Source: Octopus bimaculoides
Lineage: Eukaryota
Direction: 5' to 3'
NCBI RefSeq assembly: GCF_001194135.2
Contig: NC_069000.1
Coordinates: forward strand, 12,336,195-12,400,194
DNA length: 64,000 nt
The position numbers and the translations under genes are program-made. Shown here piece by piece: positions 1 to 11,345 of this stretch (its first letter is position 1; every line of letters begins with the position of its first letter). The notes beneath the pieces were generated by a model. That model was not told the DNA's origin, ran no database searches, and saw nothing but the letters and a program-made list of their open reading frames with translations.

Positions 1-56
<56 letters not shown>

Positions 57-137
57 GACTGGTAAAATGCATACACGTACGTTCATACTTGTATGAATAC
101 ATGATACGTACACACGTGCCCACAGAGACACATCTGC

Positions 138-203
<66 letters not shown>

Positions 204-374
204 GTCTGTCTGTCTGTCTTTCTGTCTGTCTGTCTGTCTGTCTGCCTGTCTGTCTATCTATCAATCAATCAATCTATCTCTCTATCAATCAATCAATCTA
301 TCTATCTATCTACATATCTATCTACATATCTATCTGTCTATGTATGTATGTATGTATGTATGTATGTATGTATG

Positions 375-423
<49 letters not shown>

Positions 424-690
424 GTCTGTCTCTATCTATCCATCTACGTAGCTATGTAGCCATCTGTGTGTGTCTGTGTGTGTGCGCGCGCTTGTGTACA
501 TACATATATTTATACTAATGTATGCATATATGCAGATATTTATACTAAAAACATGTATAAATATATATGTACGTATGTAAATATATATATATTCATATAC
601 ACACCTTCACGCTCACGCACACACATGCAAAACATGCATATATACGCTTTATTCCTTTATTCTTTAACTTGTTTCAGTAATTTGACTGCA

Positions 691-743
<53 letters not shown>

Positions 744-852
744 AAGAGGAAGTGAGAAAGAGAGAGAGAGAGGAAGAAATACAGAGACAGAGCGGGAGAG
801 AAAAACAAAGAATGATAGATAGGGAGAGAGAAATGGGGAGAGAGAGAAAGAG

Positions 853-899
<47 letters not shown>

Positions 900-900
900 A
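1..900. repeat. Compound microsatellite block: (AG)n, (CTAT)n, (CTGT)n, (TATG)n, (AG)n
   Basis: Direct reading. Confidence 0.97.
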
Positions 901-1137
901 GAAAGGGAGAGGTACATCAGCAAGGAAAATGAACGAGAGAGGAAAAGCATGAAATATAACAACAACAAAAAAAATAATAAATAATAAATAAAAAAATAAA
1001 AAATAAGAATGAAAAAGAAGTAGAGACAACAAAACCAAAAATAAATCCTTGAAACATGGAAATCCAAATAAAAACAAAGAAGAAATCACGAAACGAATAA
1101 CAACAGTAACAGCTAAAACAACAACAGCAACAGCAAC

Positions 1138-1169
<32 letters not shown>

Positions 1170-1542
1170 CAGCATAACAAACACCACCATAACCAACAAC
1201 AGCACCATCAGCAGCAACTGGAGCAGTAAGAATATTACACAGAATCAATACAAATCACAGTGTTACTTCAAGTACCATCAACGTTGAAGGAAACCTCCAA
1301 TTCTGAAAGATGTGTATATATATTTATTTGGCTGTTTAGTTATTCCTAAATAATTTTTCTAATTATCTGATGCACAATTATAAATTTGCATATTAACCAT
1401 GCTATTTATTATTTTTTTTAATATTATTTATTTTATTTTATTTTATTTCATTCATTTTTTAAATTTTTATTTTGTTAGCTTTTTCAAAATATTCTTCATC
1501 AAATTCTGATTTTAGAAAGACGTGAAATAGAACAACTTTATG

Positions 1543-1610
1543 TATTATTATTATTATTATTATTATCATTATTATTATTATTATTATTATTGTTATCATC
1601 ATTATTATTA

Positions 1611-1699
<89 letters not shown>

Positions 1700-1718
1700 G
1701 TTATTATCATTATTATTA

Positions 1719-1749
<31 letters not shown>

Positions 1750-1757
1750 CATTATTA

Positions 1758-1803
<46 letters not shown>

Positions 1804-1865
1804 CATTATTATTATTATAAATGATAATGATGGTGACGATGATGATAATAATGATAATTATTATT
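1543..1865. repeat. (ATT)n/(ATC) trinucleotide tract
   Basis: Direct reading; adjoins the tail of SINE A at 1867. Confidence 0.97.
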
Positions 1866-1866
1866 A

Positions 1867-2060
1867 TTTCTACTATAGGCACAAGACCCGAAATTTTGGG
1901 GTAGATCGACCTCAGTGTTCCACTGGTACTTATTTCAGTGACTCCGAAAGAGGGGAAAGCAAAGTCGCCCTCGGCAAAATTTGAACTGAGAACGTAAAGA
2001 ACCGGAAGTAATGCTGCTAATAGTTTTGGTCTGGTTACTGACGATTCCACCAGCTCGCCA
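1867..2060 (-). mobile_element. SINE family A (tRNA-derived; head GGCGAGCTGGCAGAATCGTTAGC)
   Basis: Colinear with the copies at 48421-48640 and 53692-53883; the tail runs into (ATT)n. Confidence 0.85.
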
Positions 2061-3146
2061 ATACTCTTAAAACAAAATGCCTTTGCTAAACCCTATAGAA
2101 TCCGTCGGTATAAAATTAGCCAACGAACAACCTAGCAAACTAATACTGGAAAACCACACATACACATACCTACCAGCTAATATACTATATAACTATACCA
2201 AAAGAGATCTGCTGCCGATTGGTAGGTTGGCCGGGAATGACTTTGATTTCGTATGATCCATTAGGAACAAGAACTCAAGGCCGTCTCTCCGACCGCTTAT
2301 CGCAATGCGATCTGAGTACCTCTATAAATTTTTTAGGCATTTCGTTGTCTGACAAAAGGAGTCTGCTATCACATCAGGCATGTTCCTACACAAGATGAAA
2401 AACAAAAACAAAAACAAAAACATTACAGTTTAACGATGTTATTGAGTGCTTCCATTTCTCGATCCATGAGGTGATTCGTACACCCGCTTTGTCATATTGT
2501 CAGTAGCAAGTGATGAATACTCGATGCTTCTATACGAGTTTGGGCAATTTTCCTACTGGACATTGATAAGTTTTCCTTGTTTCTTTAACTTCTTACGCAT
2601 TTATACTGCTAGGTCAGTGCAGCTTCATGCTTTTTTTTTACCCCCCAGGACGCTATTGCTCACATCTATGATTTCGCTTACCCCTTCTTTTCTGATATAT
2701 CTGCTTGTTCCTTATATTTTTCCTGTTGCTGCTCCAGCTCGTTTGTGGCCTTTACCATTTATTGACAAAAGGCTCACTGGTTCTTACGAGCTAACTATAC
2801 GTTTTGCTGAAACGTAGTTACTACTGCTGCTTTCAGTGAGTACAATGGCGAGGATCATGTTTGAGTTAGCAACAGTACACACGTTGCTTTCATCGCTATA
2901 TTCTGCTGTAGCAGCGAGAACAGCGGTAATGATGGTGGTGGCGTATTTTCAGAGGTTCTAAAATTTGATTGCTTTTGATTGAGCAGGTGTTGCTGGCGTT
3001 GTTTTTAGCTTGAATTCTGTTGTTGTTGTTGCACTTTGTCAGATTAATGTTGCTATTGCTTTTATTGTTTCTGTTTGGCATATCGTTCTTATTACTCTAT
3101 TCTTACTGCCACCTGTTGTGGAGGTGGCGCTGGCGGTATTACTTAC

Positions 3147-3260
3147 GAAACTTTAGACGGGGAATTCTCTGATCACAGAAAATAAGAGAGCGAGTTTGAG
3201 ATGGCAAGACGAAATTTGTTCTCGAATTTACTTCCAACTTCCCGTTGATTGGTTAACTCG
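3147..3260 (-). promoter_or_regulatory. Candidate TATA-less promoter and first exon
   Basis: Minus strand: AACCAATCA (CCAAT box), two GGAAGT (ETS-like) sites, then a pyrimidine-rich leader ending at TTC|GTAAGTAA, followed by GC-rich sequence. Motif pattern only. Confidence 0.22.
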
Positions 3261-3727
3261 ACATCTTTTAAATTAATGTTCTGTTTTTCAAATCTATATT
3301 TTGAAAATATTTTGTTTCCAATTTCAGACACAATGGACATGAAANNNNNNNNNNNNNNNNNNNNNNNNNNNNNNNNNNNNNNNNNNNNNNNNNNNNNNNN
3401 NNNNNNNNNNNNNNNNNNNNNNNNNNNNNNNNNNNNNNNNNNNNNNNNNNNNNNNNNNNNNNNNNNNNNNNNNNNNNNNNNNNNNNNNNNNNNNNNNNNN
3501 NNNNNNNNNNNNNNNNNNNNNNNNNNNNNNNNNNNNNNNNNNNNNNNNNNNNNNNNNNNNNNNNNNNNNNNNNNNNNNNNNNNNNNNNNNNNNNNNNNNN
3601 NNNNNNNNNNNNNNNNNNNNNNNNNNNNNNNNNNNNNNNNNNNNNNNNNNNNNNNNNNNNNNNNNNNNNNNNNNNNNNNNNATATACAAATACACACATA
3701 TATACACAGATGTACAACTACATATAT

Positions 3728-3768
<41 letters not shown>

Positions 3769-4050
3769 TTATACATGTATAAACACACATATACACACAC
3801 ACTCACGAACACCCACACAGACACTCGCACATACATATGTATATACAGTATATCTTCACAGGGAGGAAGCAGTGTATCAGATAATTGTAATGAGAGTTCC
3901 AAACATGACACAACAGACTAACGGATATTATAATATATAGTACTGAAAGATTTGCTCAGTCTTCTATTAACAATTATTTAAATAAAACGACAGATGCTCT
4001 TACGATGGAGTGCAAAATGGAAAATGGCGGCTTAGAGAAGTATGTGTGTT

Positions 4051-4113
<63 letters not shown>

Positions 4114-4506
4114 CGTGTCTGTGTGTGTAAATATATATCTATATATCTATTAATCTATATATAATATATATATTTATATGCATGTAAATATATAAATATA
4201 TATGTGTATACAAACATACACATACAAACACATACACACAAACACATACACATACATACACACACACATACACATATCAGTATATCTTGTACAATGTTTC
4301 CCAACAATGACAGCCATAGATGTCGGGTTCCGTTTGTGTTTTCTGAACAGAATTAAACTGTCAATCTTGACTGACTTAAACATAAGCCCCAACTGTCACA
4401 AGTCGTGCGATATCATTTCTTTTCCTGTTAGTTTCTCTCGATACACGTAATAAGCTCTTCTTCGCACAAACACAACGAACCGCTAACGCTTTATCTCTAC
4501 TACTAT

Positions 4507-4561
<55 letters not shown>

Positions 4562-4593
4562 GCCACCACCACTACCATGACTGCTGCTGCTGC

Positions 4594-4639
<46 letters not shown>

Positions 4640-4843
4640 GTGGTCGCCACCGTTTCTGTTGCTGCTTCTTGAGATTTCGTGAAACGGACTTCGGGAATAC
4701 ACACACACACACAGGCAGGCACACACACACACACACACANNNNNNNNNNNNNNNNNNNNNNNNNNNNNNNNNNNNNNNNNNNNNNNNNNNNNNNNNNNNN
4801 NNNNNNNNNNNNNNNNNNNNNNNNNNNNNNNNNNNNNNNNNNN

Positions 4844-4883
<40 letters not shown>

Positions 4884-4965
4884 GTGGTCGCCACCGTTTC
4901 TGTTGCTGCTTCTTGAGATTTCGTGAAACGGACTTCGGGAATACACACACACACACAGGCAGGCA

Positions 4966-5006
<41 letters not shown>

Positions 5007-6189
5007 TATGTCACTATCGATCTGCAGTATAGTCGAGATCGTTGCCTCGCAACAACGAGAACTCGCGCTCGCTCTTACTGCATGGTATCTTGTGCAATTA
5101 TATATTTTTTTATATCCTCGAGGCGACCCATAATCTGCGCGTGAAATTGGGCGGGCGGAAACTACATACAAAACTGCTGGTTAGATTGTACTTGTAATTC
5201 ACCCTTATTACATTTTGTAAGTTACACCCTTACCAAACGCGGTCTTTTCTTAGAACTAAGTTGAGCGGTTCACTCCGCTACTTAATCTTACTTTCAATTG
5301 ATCGAACTACTAAGTCATCGTCACCAGACGACGAAGATCTACCACCGCGCAAGGAGCCATATGGACGATCACTGTGCTAGTAATAGCTGCCAAATAGCTC
5401 TGAAACTACTCAGTGCCATATTAAAAAAGGAAAGGACATTTTTGAATAATGTAGTTTTGGTTGATGGGATGATCTCTGCAGTAGATCATAGATCTGCCTT
5501 CTTAATCTGAAATTTCTCTTCTCATGTTACTTCGAGAATCGAACAGCCTTTTTACAACTGAAAACTTACTTCAGCTTGCAGGTTTAGAGACCTTATATAA
5601 GAAGGAAGTGAGAAAAAGATGTTATGATGTAGAAAGCCGTAGTTATGGCTGTTAAGAAGTTCATTTAATAATCCCATGGTCTTAGGTGCCGACTTGGATT
5701 GCACTGCATGGTAGATTGGTCAAGTGTCCTCTGCTACGCCATGAGGTGATTAATAGTTAATCAATGACATTTGGTAGGCAGAGACGTTGTACAAGTCCAC
5801 CATATGCATGCATACATAGATGCATATATGCATACATAGATGCATATATGCATACATAGCACATATATACATAGTACAAACGCACACACACGCACACGTA
5901 CACACATTCACAAACGCACATCTGTAAAAATACAGATACACATTCGTACGTAAAGATACAATACAGATGAAAGCTTCTTATTCGGCGGTTATATGATATT
6001 TATTTCTCATTGGTGCATTTTTTTTTTACTATTTCGTAACTTGCTATAACAATGAAATGAGAACCGAGCAAGCTAATACGGTTGTTATAATTGAGAACTG
6101 CGTTTTGAAACCAGTATTCCAGCATGGTGACCTAACCAAATATCATAAACCAGTAAAGAACAAAAAAAAAAAAAAATGAAAAGAATATG

Positions 6190-6328
6190 TAGACGTAAGT
6201 GTGTGGTAAGAAGCTTGCTTCCTAACCACATGGTTCCGGGTTCAGTCCCACTGTGTGGCATCTTGGGTAGGTGTTTTCTTCTATAGCCTCGGGCCAAAGC
6301 ATTGTGAGTGGATTTGGTCGACGGAAAC
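6190..6328 (+). mobile_element. SINE family C head (tRNA-like, GGTTCCGGGTTCAGTCCC B-box region), 3'-truncated against the mariner
   Basis: Matches the reverse complement of the copies at 17872-18045, 55388-55522 and 57862-57990. Confidence 0.88.
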
Positions 6329-6518
6329 CAAAATTCATGGCAATATGTTTCTGCAGTAATGGCTTTTCTGGGTTTTAAGAAGTTGTAGTAGATGACTCCA
6401 AGAAAACACAACCAAGCAGTCACCATAGCCTTCTTTTTGAACAGCTCGGGTTTAGGGAAGGTTTTCGCGGCGCTTCATTTTGGTCCATCTACTGCGAAGA
6501 CGTTTCTTTATTATTGCA

Positions 6519-6611
6519 CAGAATCCACTTTTTATCGCAGAATCCACTTTTTATCGCAGAATCCACTTTTTATCGCAGAATCCACTTTTTATCGCAGAAT
6601 CCACTTTTTAT
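6519..6611. repeat. 19-bp minisatellite (CAGAATCCACTTTTTATCG) x4.9
   Basis: Four identical units plus a 17-nt partial unit, read directly from the sequence. It lies inside the mariner. Confidence 0.97.
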
Positions 6612-6763
6612 ACGATCAAGAAATGGGTCGGTTATAGAGAAGAAACGACGAACAAATTTCATATCTCAGCATTTTCTGATTTTTCGATCGCATGCAAATG
6701 ATTGCAGGCAGTTTTCTGGCTAACTTAAAATTCTTTTGCCAGAACTCGAGTGGTTTTACGTGT

Positions 6764-6981
6764 TATTTCTTTACTACCCACATGGGGCTACTCACAGAGG
6801 GGACAAACAAGGACAGACAAACACGGATTAAGTCGATTATATTGACCCCAGTACGTAACTGGTACTTATTTAATCGACCCCGAAAGGATGAAAGGCAAAG
6901 TCGACCTCGGCGGAATTTGAACTCAGAACGTAGCGGCAGACGAAATACGGCTAAGCATTTCGACCGGCGTGCTAACGTTTC
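6764..6981 (-). mobile_element. tRNA-derived SINE (family A) inserted in the mariner, 5'-truncated, with TSD
   Basis: Family A body with a B-box-like GAGTTCAAATTCC on the minus strand, flanked by the direct repeat TGGTTTTACGTGT at 6751-6763 and 6982-6994. Removing the insert restores the transposase frame (GRDT|RKTTR). Confidence 0.92.
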
Positions 6982-7545
6982 TGGTTTTACGTGTATCTCT
7001 CCCAATGACGATCTGTAGTTGACCATCATCGATGAGAGATGGGCGTCCACTATGGTCACGATCATCAAGGCTCAGGTCTCTAATTTGAAATCGTTTAAAC
7101 TATTTTCGAGCTGACCACTCACTGCTCATTTCCTCACCAAACGTTTCGTTGAAATCGCAAGCAGTTTCAATAGCAAAATAGCTCGAATATCGCGCTTCGA
7201 CAATTCCGTGTTAGATTGTTGTAACCACGGTGAAAAATAGAAAAAAATGTCAATTTATTGATGCATTTGGGCAAGTCTATGACTGTATTATCAGACAATT
7301 ACCAAAATGTGGTTCAAAAACTTCAAAACTCTGCAAAAATCCGATACAAATTCTTCATGGTTCAAAACGTTGTTTACTTTTTACTCAACTTTATATGTAT
7401 GTATGTACGTATGTATGTATGTATGTATGTATGTATGTATGTATGTATGTATGTATGTATGTATGTATGCATGTATGTATGTATGTATGTATGTATATGT
7501 ATACATATATACACCATGTATCATATTTACATTCATACACGTATT

Positions 7546-7595
<50 letters not shown>

Positions 7596-7716
7596 AAGCT
7601 GTATGTCTATCTATTTATATATTTGTGTGCGTGCTTGGATTGTAAATGAATTCATTATAGGTCTGTCTGCATGCGTGTAATTAAATTCACAAAATTAAGA
7701 AATTTGATACATTCAT

Positions 7717-7778
<62 letters not shown>

Positions 7779-9635
7779 CTCAAATGATGAACGTACATTT
7801 AATATGCATGTATCTATATATTTGTATATAGATATGTGTAGATGTATTTGTAAGTATATAAATNNNNNNNNNNNNNNNNNNNNNNNNNNNNNNNNNNNNN
7901 NNNNNNNNNNNNNNNNNNNNNNNNNNNNNNNNNNNNNNNNNNNNNNNNNNNNNNNNNNNNNNNNNNNNNNNNNNNNNNNNNNNNNNNNNNNNNNNNNNNN
8001 NNNNNNNNNNNNNNNNNNNNNNNNNNNNNNNNNNNNNNNNNNNNNNNNNNNNNNNNNNNNNNNNNNNNNNNNNNNNNNNNNNNNNNNNNNNNNNNNNNNN
8101 NNNNNNNNNNNNNNNNNNNNNNNNNNNNNNNNNNNNNNNNNNNNNNNNNATATATACATATATATATATATATACGTATGCATGTGTACACACACAAAGA
8201 TACATACATACAAAATATATACAAACACACCCAGGCAGAGTAATGGATGTAGTAGCGGTCGGTTGCAATTATCTAACATTGAGTTTGCTAATGCAAGTAA
8301 AACAAATTAAATACTGCAGTGATAAACACTCCATAGTCAACAACAAACAACAACAGCAATAAAAACAACAACAGCAGAATATTTAACAATCTTAGTATTG
8401 TTAAAAGTGAACTTTGTGAGGAATTTTAATCAAAACTTTTAACCGTACAGACAGATTGAGGCCAGAGCGTGTCGCAAATTGAATAACTAACAAGACGAGT
8501 GAAATGAGAGGCAGAGATAGTAAGAGAAAGAAAGAGAGCGAGTGAAATAGAAAAATACAGTGAAACGAAGAAAGAGAGAGAGAGAGAAAGAGGGAGAGAG
8601 AGAGAGAAAAAGAGAGAGAGAAATCCTGATAAGGAAAGATTGAACGATTAACTTGTCCTGATGGCTGCTGGTTCTTTGCTTAGCTGACTCAATGAATGAA
8701 TGAAAATCACTAAAACAAACCAACCAACCAACAAACAAAGAAATAAATGGAATTATTATCAAATAACAATGACGGGATTAAAATGATATTGTTTTGTAAC
8801 GTTAATTATATTTCTACGTGTTTTATTATCGATTTTAAAAAAGAACTTGTTTGTTTTTGCTTGAAACCAAAAACTGTTAATTAAATTTTATCATACCCAT
8901 CAGTGACTTTTGATATCGTTGTTGCTGTTATTTAGCCGAAGCTCAATAATGATTATTCTGAACTCTCATCAAAGGTAGTTTTAGCCATAACCATCATGTC
9001 TTTTATACAAGACAACGTATCTAAGACCACCTTTATCTTGTAAAAACTGTACTGTTTGATTTTAGTCCTGAGCAATACCTAAAACTGTACTCGGCGGTGC
9101 AGTTCCAGTTCGGGTTCCCAGGGAATTTTGGTGAGTTATAGACTTACTCTATGGTCACCGATACTCCCAGGCTCGCTCTGATCTGGGATGTCCTTATTTT
9201 CCTAGTATCTCAGTTATGGGTCAAATAGCAGAATACGTCCTTGTGGCTAGAGCATGCAAGATTAGGAGTCAGGTTGGCTCACCAGCGTATGAATATGTTC
9301 TAACGTCACAGGAACCAGTTCTTCAGCTTAAGGAGTAAACAGGTTATGTAGCTATATATGGGGATATAGCATATTACTCTACTTCTGGTATTTGAGTACT
9401 CTTTTTTCCACCTTGTTGCACATTCTATGTGCTTACTCCGGTATATATATACATGAGTGTTTATGTGTGTGTGTGTGAGTTATTTTGAATGGTGTCAAAT
9501 CTATTTTCATATCTCACTCGCTTCTAGTTGTTAGCTGAAGATTGTTTGAAATTGTTTGCGCTATTTTGATATTTCTTCTGGATCTTTCTAATCTCACTAA
9601 CCTGAATTTTGCTTCTTATCTGTTCATGTTCGCTA

Positions 9636-9714
9636 AAATAAAGTACCATTGAAGTACTGGGGTCACTGTAATCGACTAGTCCCTTCCCCCAATATCTATA
9701 GTGCCTATAATAGA

Positions 9715-9717
<3 letters not shown>
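9636..9717 (+). mobile_element. SINE family A 3' fragment with (AAT)n tail
   Basis: AAGTACC...ACTGGGGTC...AATCGACTAG...GTGCCTATAATAGAAA matches the family A 3' end. Confidence 0.75.
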
Positions 9718-9799
<82 letters not shown>

Positions 9800-9939
9800 G
9801 TGGTTTCTTTTCATTATAACTTTATTTCAGTTGCCTTAGTACCGGCATTCTCCGGAGGCCAAGAGTAGCAAGGGCACTTTTGTTTTGCTATGCATGCTAG
9901 AATTATCACCACGTTTATTTCATTTTAGATGGATAGTAC

Positions 9940-10007
<68 letters not shown>

Positions 10008-10080
10008 GTTCTTGTTGTTGTTGTTGTCGTTGTTGCTGTTGTTGTTGTTGTTTTTGTTGTTGCTGTTGTTGCTGTTGTTA
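9712..10080. repeat. (AAT)n, (ATT)n and (GTT)n tracts
   Basis: Direct reading. Confidence 0.9.
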
Positions 10081-10088
10081 TTGGTTGA

Positions 10089-10293
10089 GCAGCGAGCTAG
10101 CAGAATCGTTAGCAGGTTGTACAAAATGCTTAGCGCCGTTTCTTCCGTCTTTTGCTTCTGAATTTAAATTGTCACCGAAATCGCCTTTGCCTTTCATTCT
10201 TTGGGAGTTGATTAAATAAAGTCCCCGACAAATTTTGGGGTTAACTCCTTCCTCTACAACTGCTGTGTTTGAGCCAAAATTTGAAACAATTAT
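10089..10293 (+). mobile_element. SINE family A, diverged
   Basis: Head GCGAGCTAGCAGAATCGTTAGC, body CTTTGCCTTTCATTC, tail GCCAAAATTTGAAACAAT. Confidence 0.8.
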
Positions 10294-10917
10294 TACGATT
10301 GGTTAAATTAGTGGATTGACACTTTGAGTTCACAACCCCATTATAAAACGGCTTGACAATTCATCCTCCAGTGTTACTTAAAATACATGTCTAACATGGA
10401 AAGAAGGCCACACAATATGGACAGAAAGGGTGTAATCCAGGTACTACAGAATGTTTTTGTATTTGTAAGCTGCAATGAATTAAATGTAATCTAATAAATC
10501 CTTACTAAAGAATATTTTATTAAATATAACAGAAAAATGTAATGAAATTGATTGTGGAAATCAAATTATGAATATTAAATTAAGAAATAAAAATTTAAGA
10601 AACTGACCTTTCAATGACGTTGTTTTTAAATGTTTAAGATCATTGGATTAAATATAATTCTATGTAATTAAAGCAAATATGCCCAATCTTGATTTGTTCC
10701 AGAAGGTAGCACTTAAGTACCTCAAGCGCAGCAGGAACCTTAGCCCTGGTTTAAATTCTCTCCAGTACTTGTCTGGTTAAATGCTAACTCCAGTCAAATA
10801 TGTTCTGCGTTTCGTTTGTTCACTCGCTCATGCGTACATACGCATACATACATATATACATACATGCATGCATGCATAGATATATTTGTGTGTGTATGTG
10901 TGTGTGTGTGTTATATG

Positions 10918-10971
<54 letters not shown>

Positions 10972-11007
10972 NNNNNNNNNNNNNNNNNNNNNNNNNNNNN
11001 NNNNNNN

Positions 11008-11049
<42 letters not shown>

Positions 11050-11084
11050 CAAATTTATAGAAAGCAAAAGACGAAGACAGGTGT

Positions 11085-11345
11085 AGGAACAAGAAGCAAG
11101 TGCATTAGTTTGACGCTCAGGAAAAATGGAGAAGTCTTTCAAGTTTCGAGCCTACGTTCTTCAACAGAAAGGAATATGAGGAAATAAATGGAGAGAGAAA
11201 GAATGAAAGACAAAGTTTCCATCGGCAAAATATACAAAGAGCGCAAAGATGGGCGAAAGAACAACAAACAGAGCGTGTTTGTTTAAAGCTCAGGAAAAAC
11301 GGAAGTCTTCAACGTTTCGAACCTACGATCTTTTACAGAATAGAA
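11085..11345 (-). ncRNA. Tandem pair of degenerate minimal type-I hammerhead-ribozyme-like motifs (Penelope pLTR/retrozyme-like repeat, 171-bp period)
   Basis: Minus strand 11136-11171 reads CUUU-CUGUUGA-A-GAAC(GUAG)GCUC-GAAAC-UUG-AAAG; 11305-11342 reads AUU-CUGUAAA-A-GAUC(GUAG)GUUC-GAAAC-GUU-GAAG. Both cores deviate from the canonical CUGANGA. Confidence 0.5.

Larger units (their letters stand above)
6331..7393 (-). mobile_element. Decayed mariner transposon (Hsmar1/SETMAR-like transposase pseudogene); 5' TIR present, 3' part missing
   Basis: Hand translation of the minus strand gives ETACDFNETFGEEMSSEWSARK*FKRFQIRDLSLDDRDHSGRPSLIDDGQLQIVIGRDTRKTTRVLAKEF*VSQKTACNHLHAI (HTH region), then CDKKWILCNNKETSSQ*MDQNEAP, then PKPELFKKKAMVTAWLCFLGVIYYNFLKPRKAITAETYC. 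These are colinear with Hsmar1-type GDESLEDEERSGRPS, CDEKWILYDNRRRSAQWLDREEAP and KKVMVTVWW...FLNPGETITSEKY. The end at 7364-7393 reads TAAAGTTGAGTAAAAAGTAAACAACGTTTT on the minus strand (mariner-like TIR) next to TA at 7394-7395. Stops, frameshifts and deletions are present. Confidence 0.92.

Noticed and set aside
4600-4990. Identical ~85-bp unique segment plus flanking (CTA)n/(CA)n on both sides of the 4740-4843 gap
   Set aside because: An exact duplication straddling a gap between simple repeats is the classic sign of unmerged overlapping contig ends; probably an assembly artefact unless long reads show two copies.
5298-5510. ORF with LLSAILKKERTFLNNVVLVDG, faintly like mariner LL.R....FL..IVTGDE
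   Set aside because: No DEKW motif or further colinear similarity, and it is in the opposite orientation to the nearby mariner.
6519-6611. Regular short repeats considered as a CRISPR-like array (also 19347-19452)
   Set aside because: The units are contiguous with no unique spacers, there are no cas genes, and the context is eukaryotic.
9060-9450. GC-richer block that may be an LTR or LINE terminus
   Set aside because: There is only one copy in the window, with no coding motif, TSD or clear termini, so it cannot be classified from this sequence.
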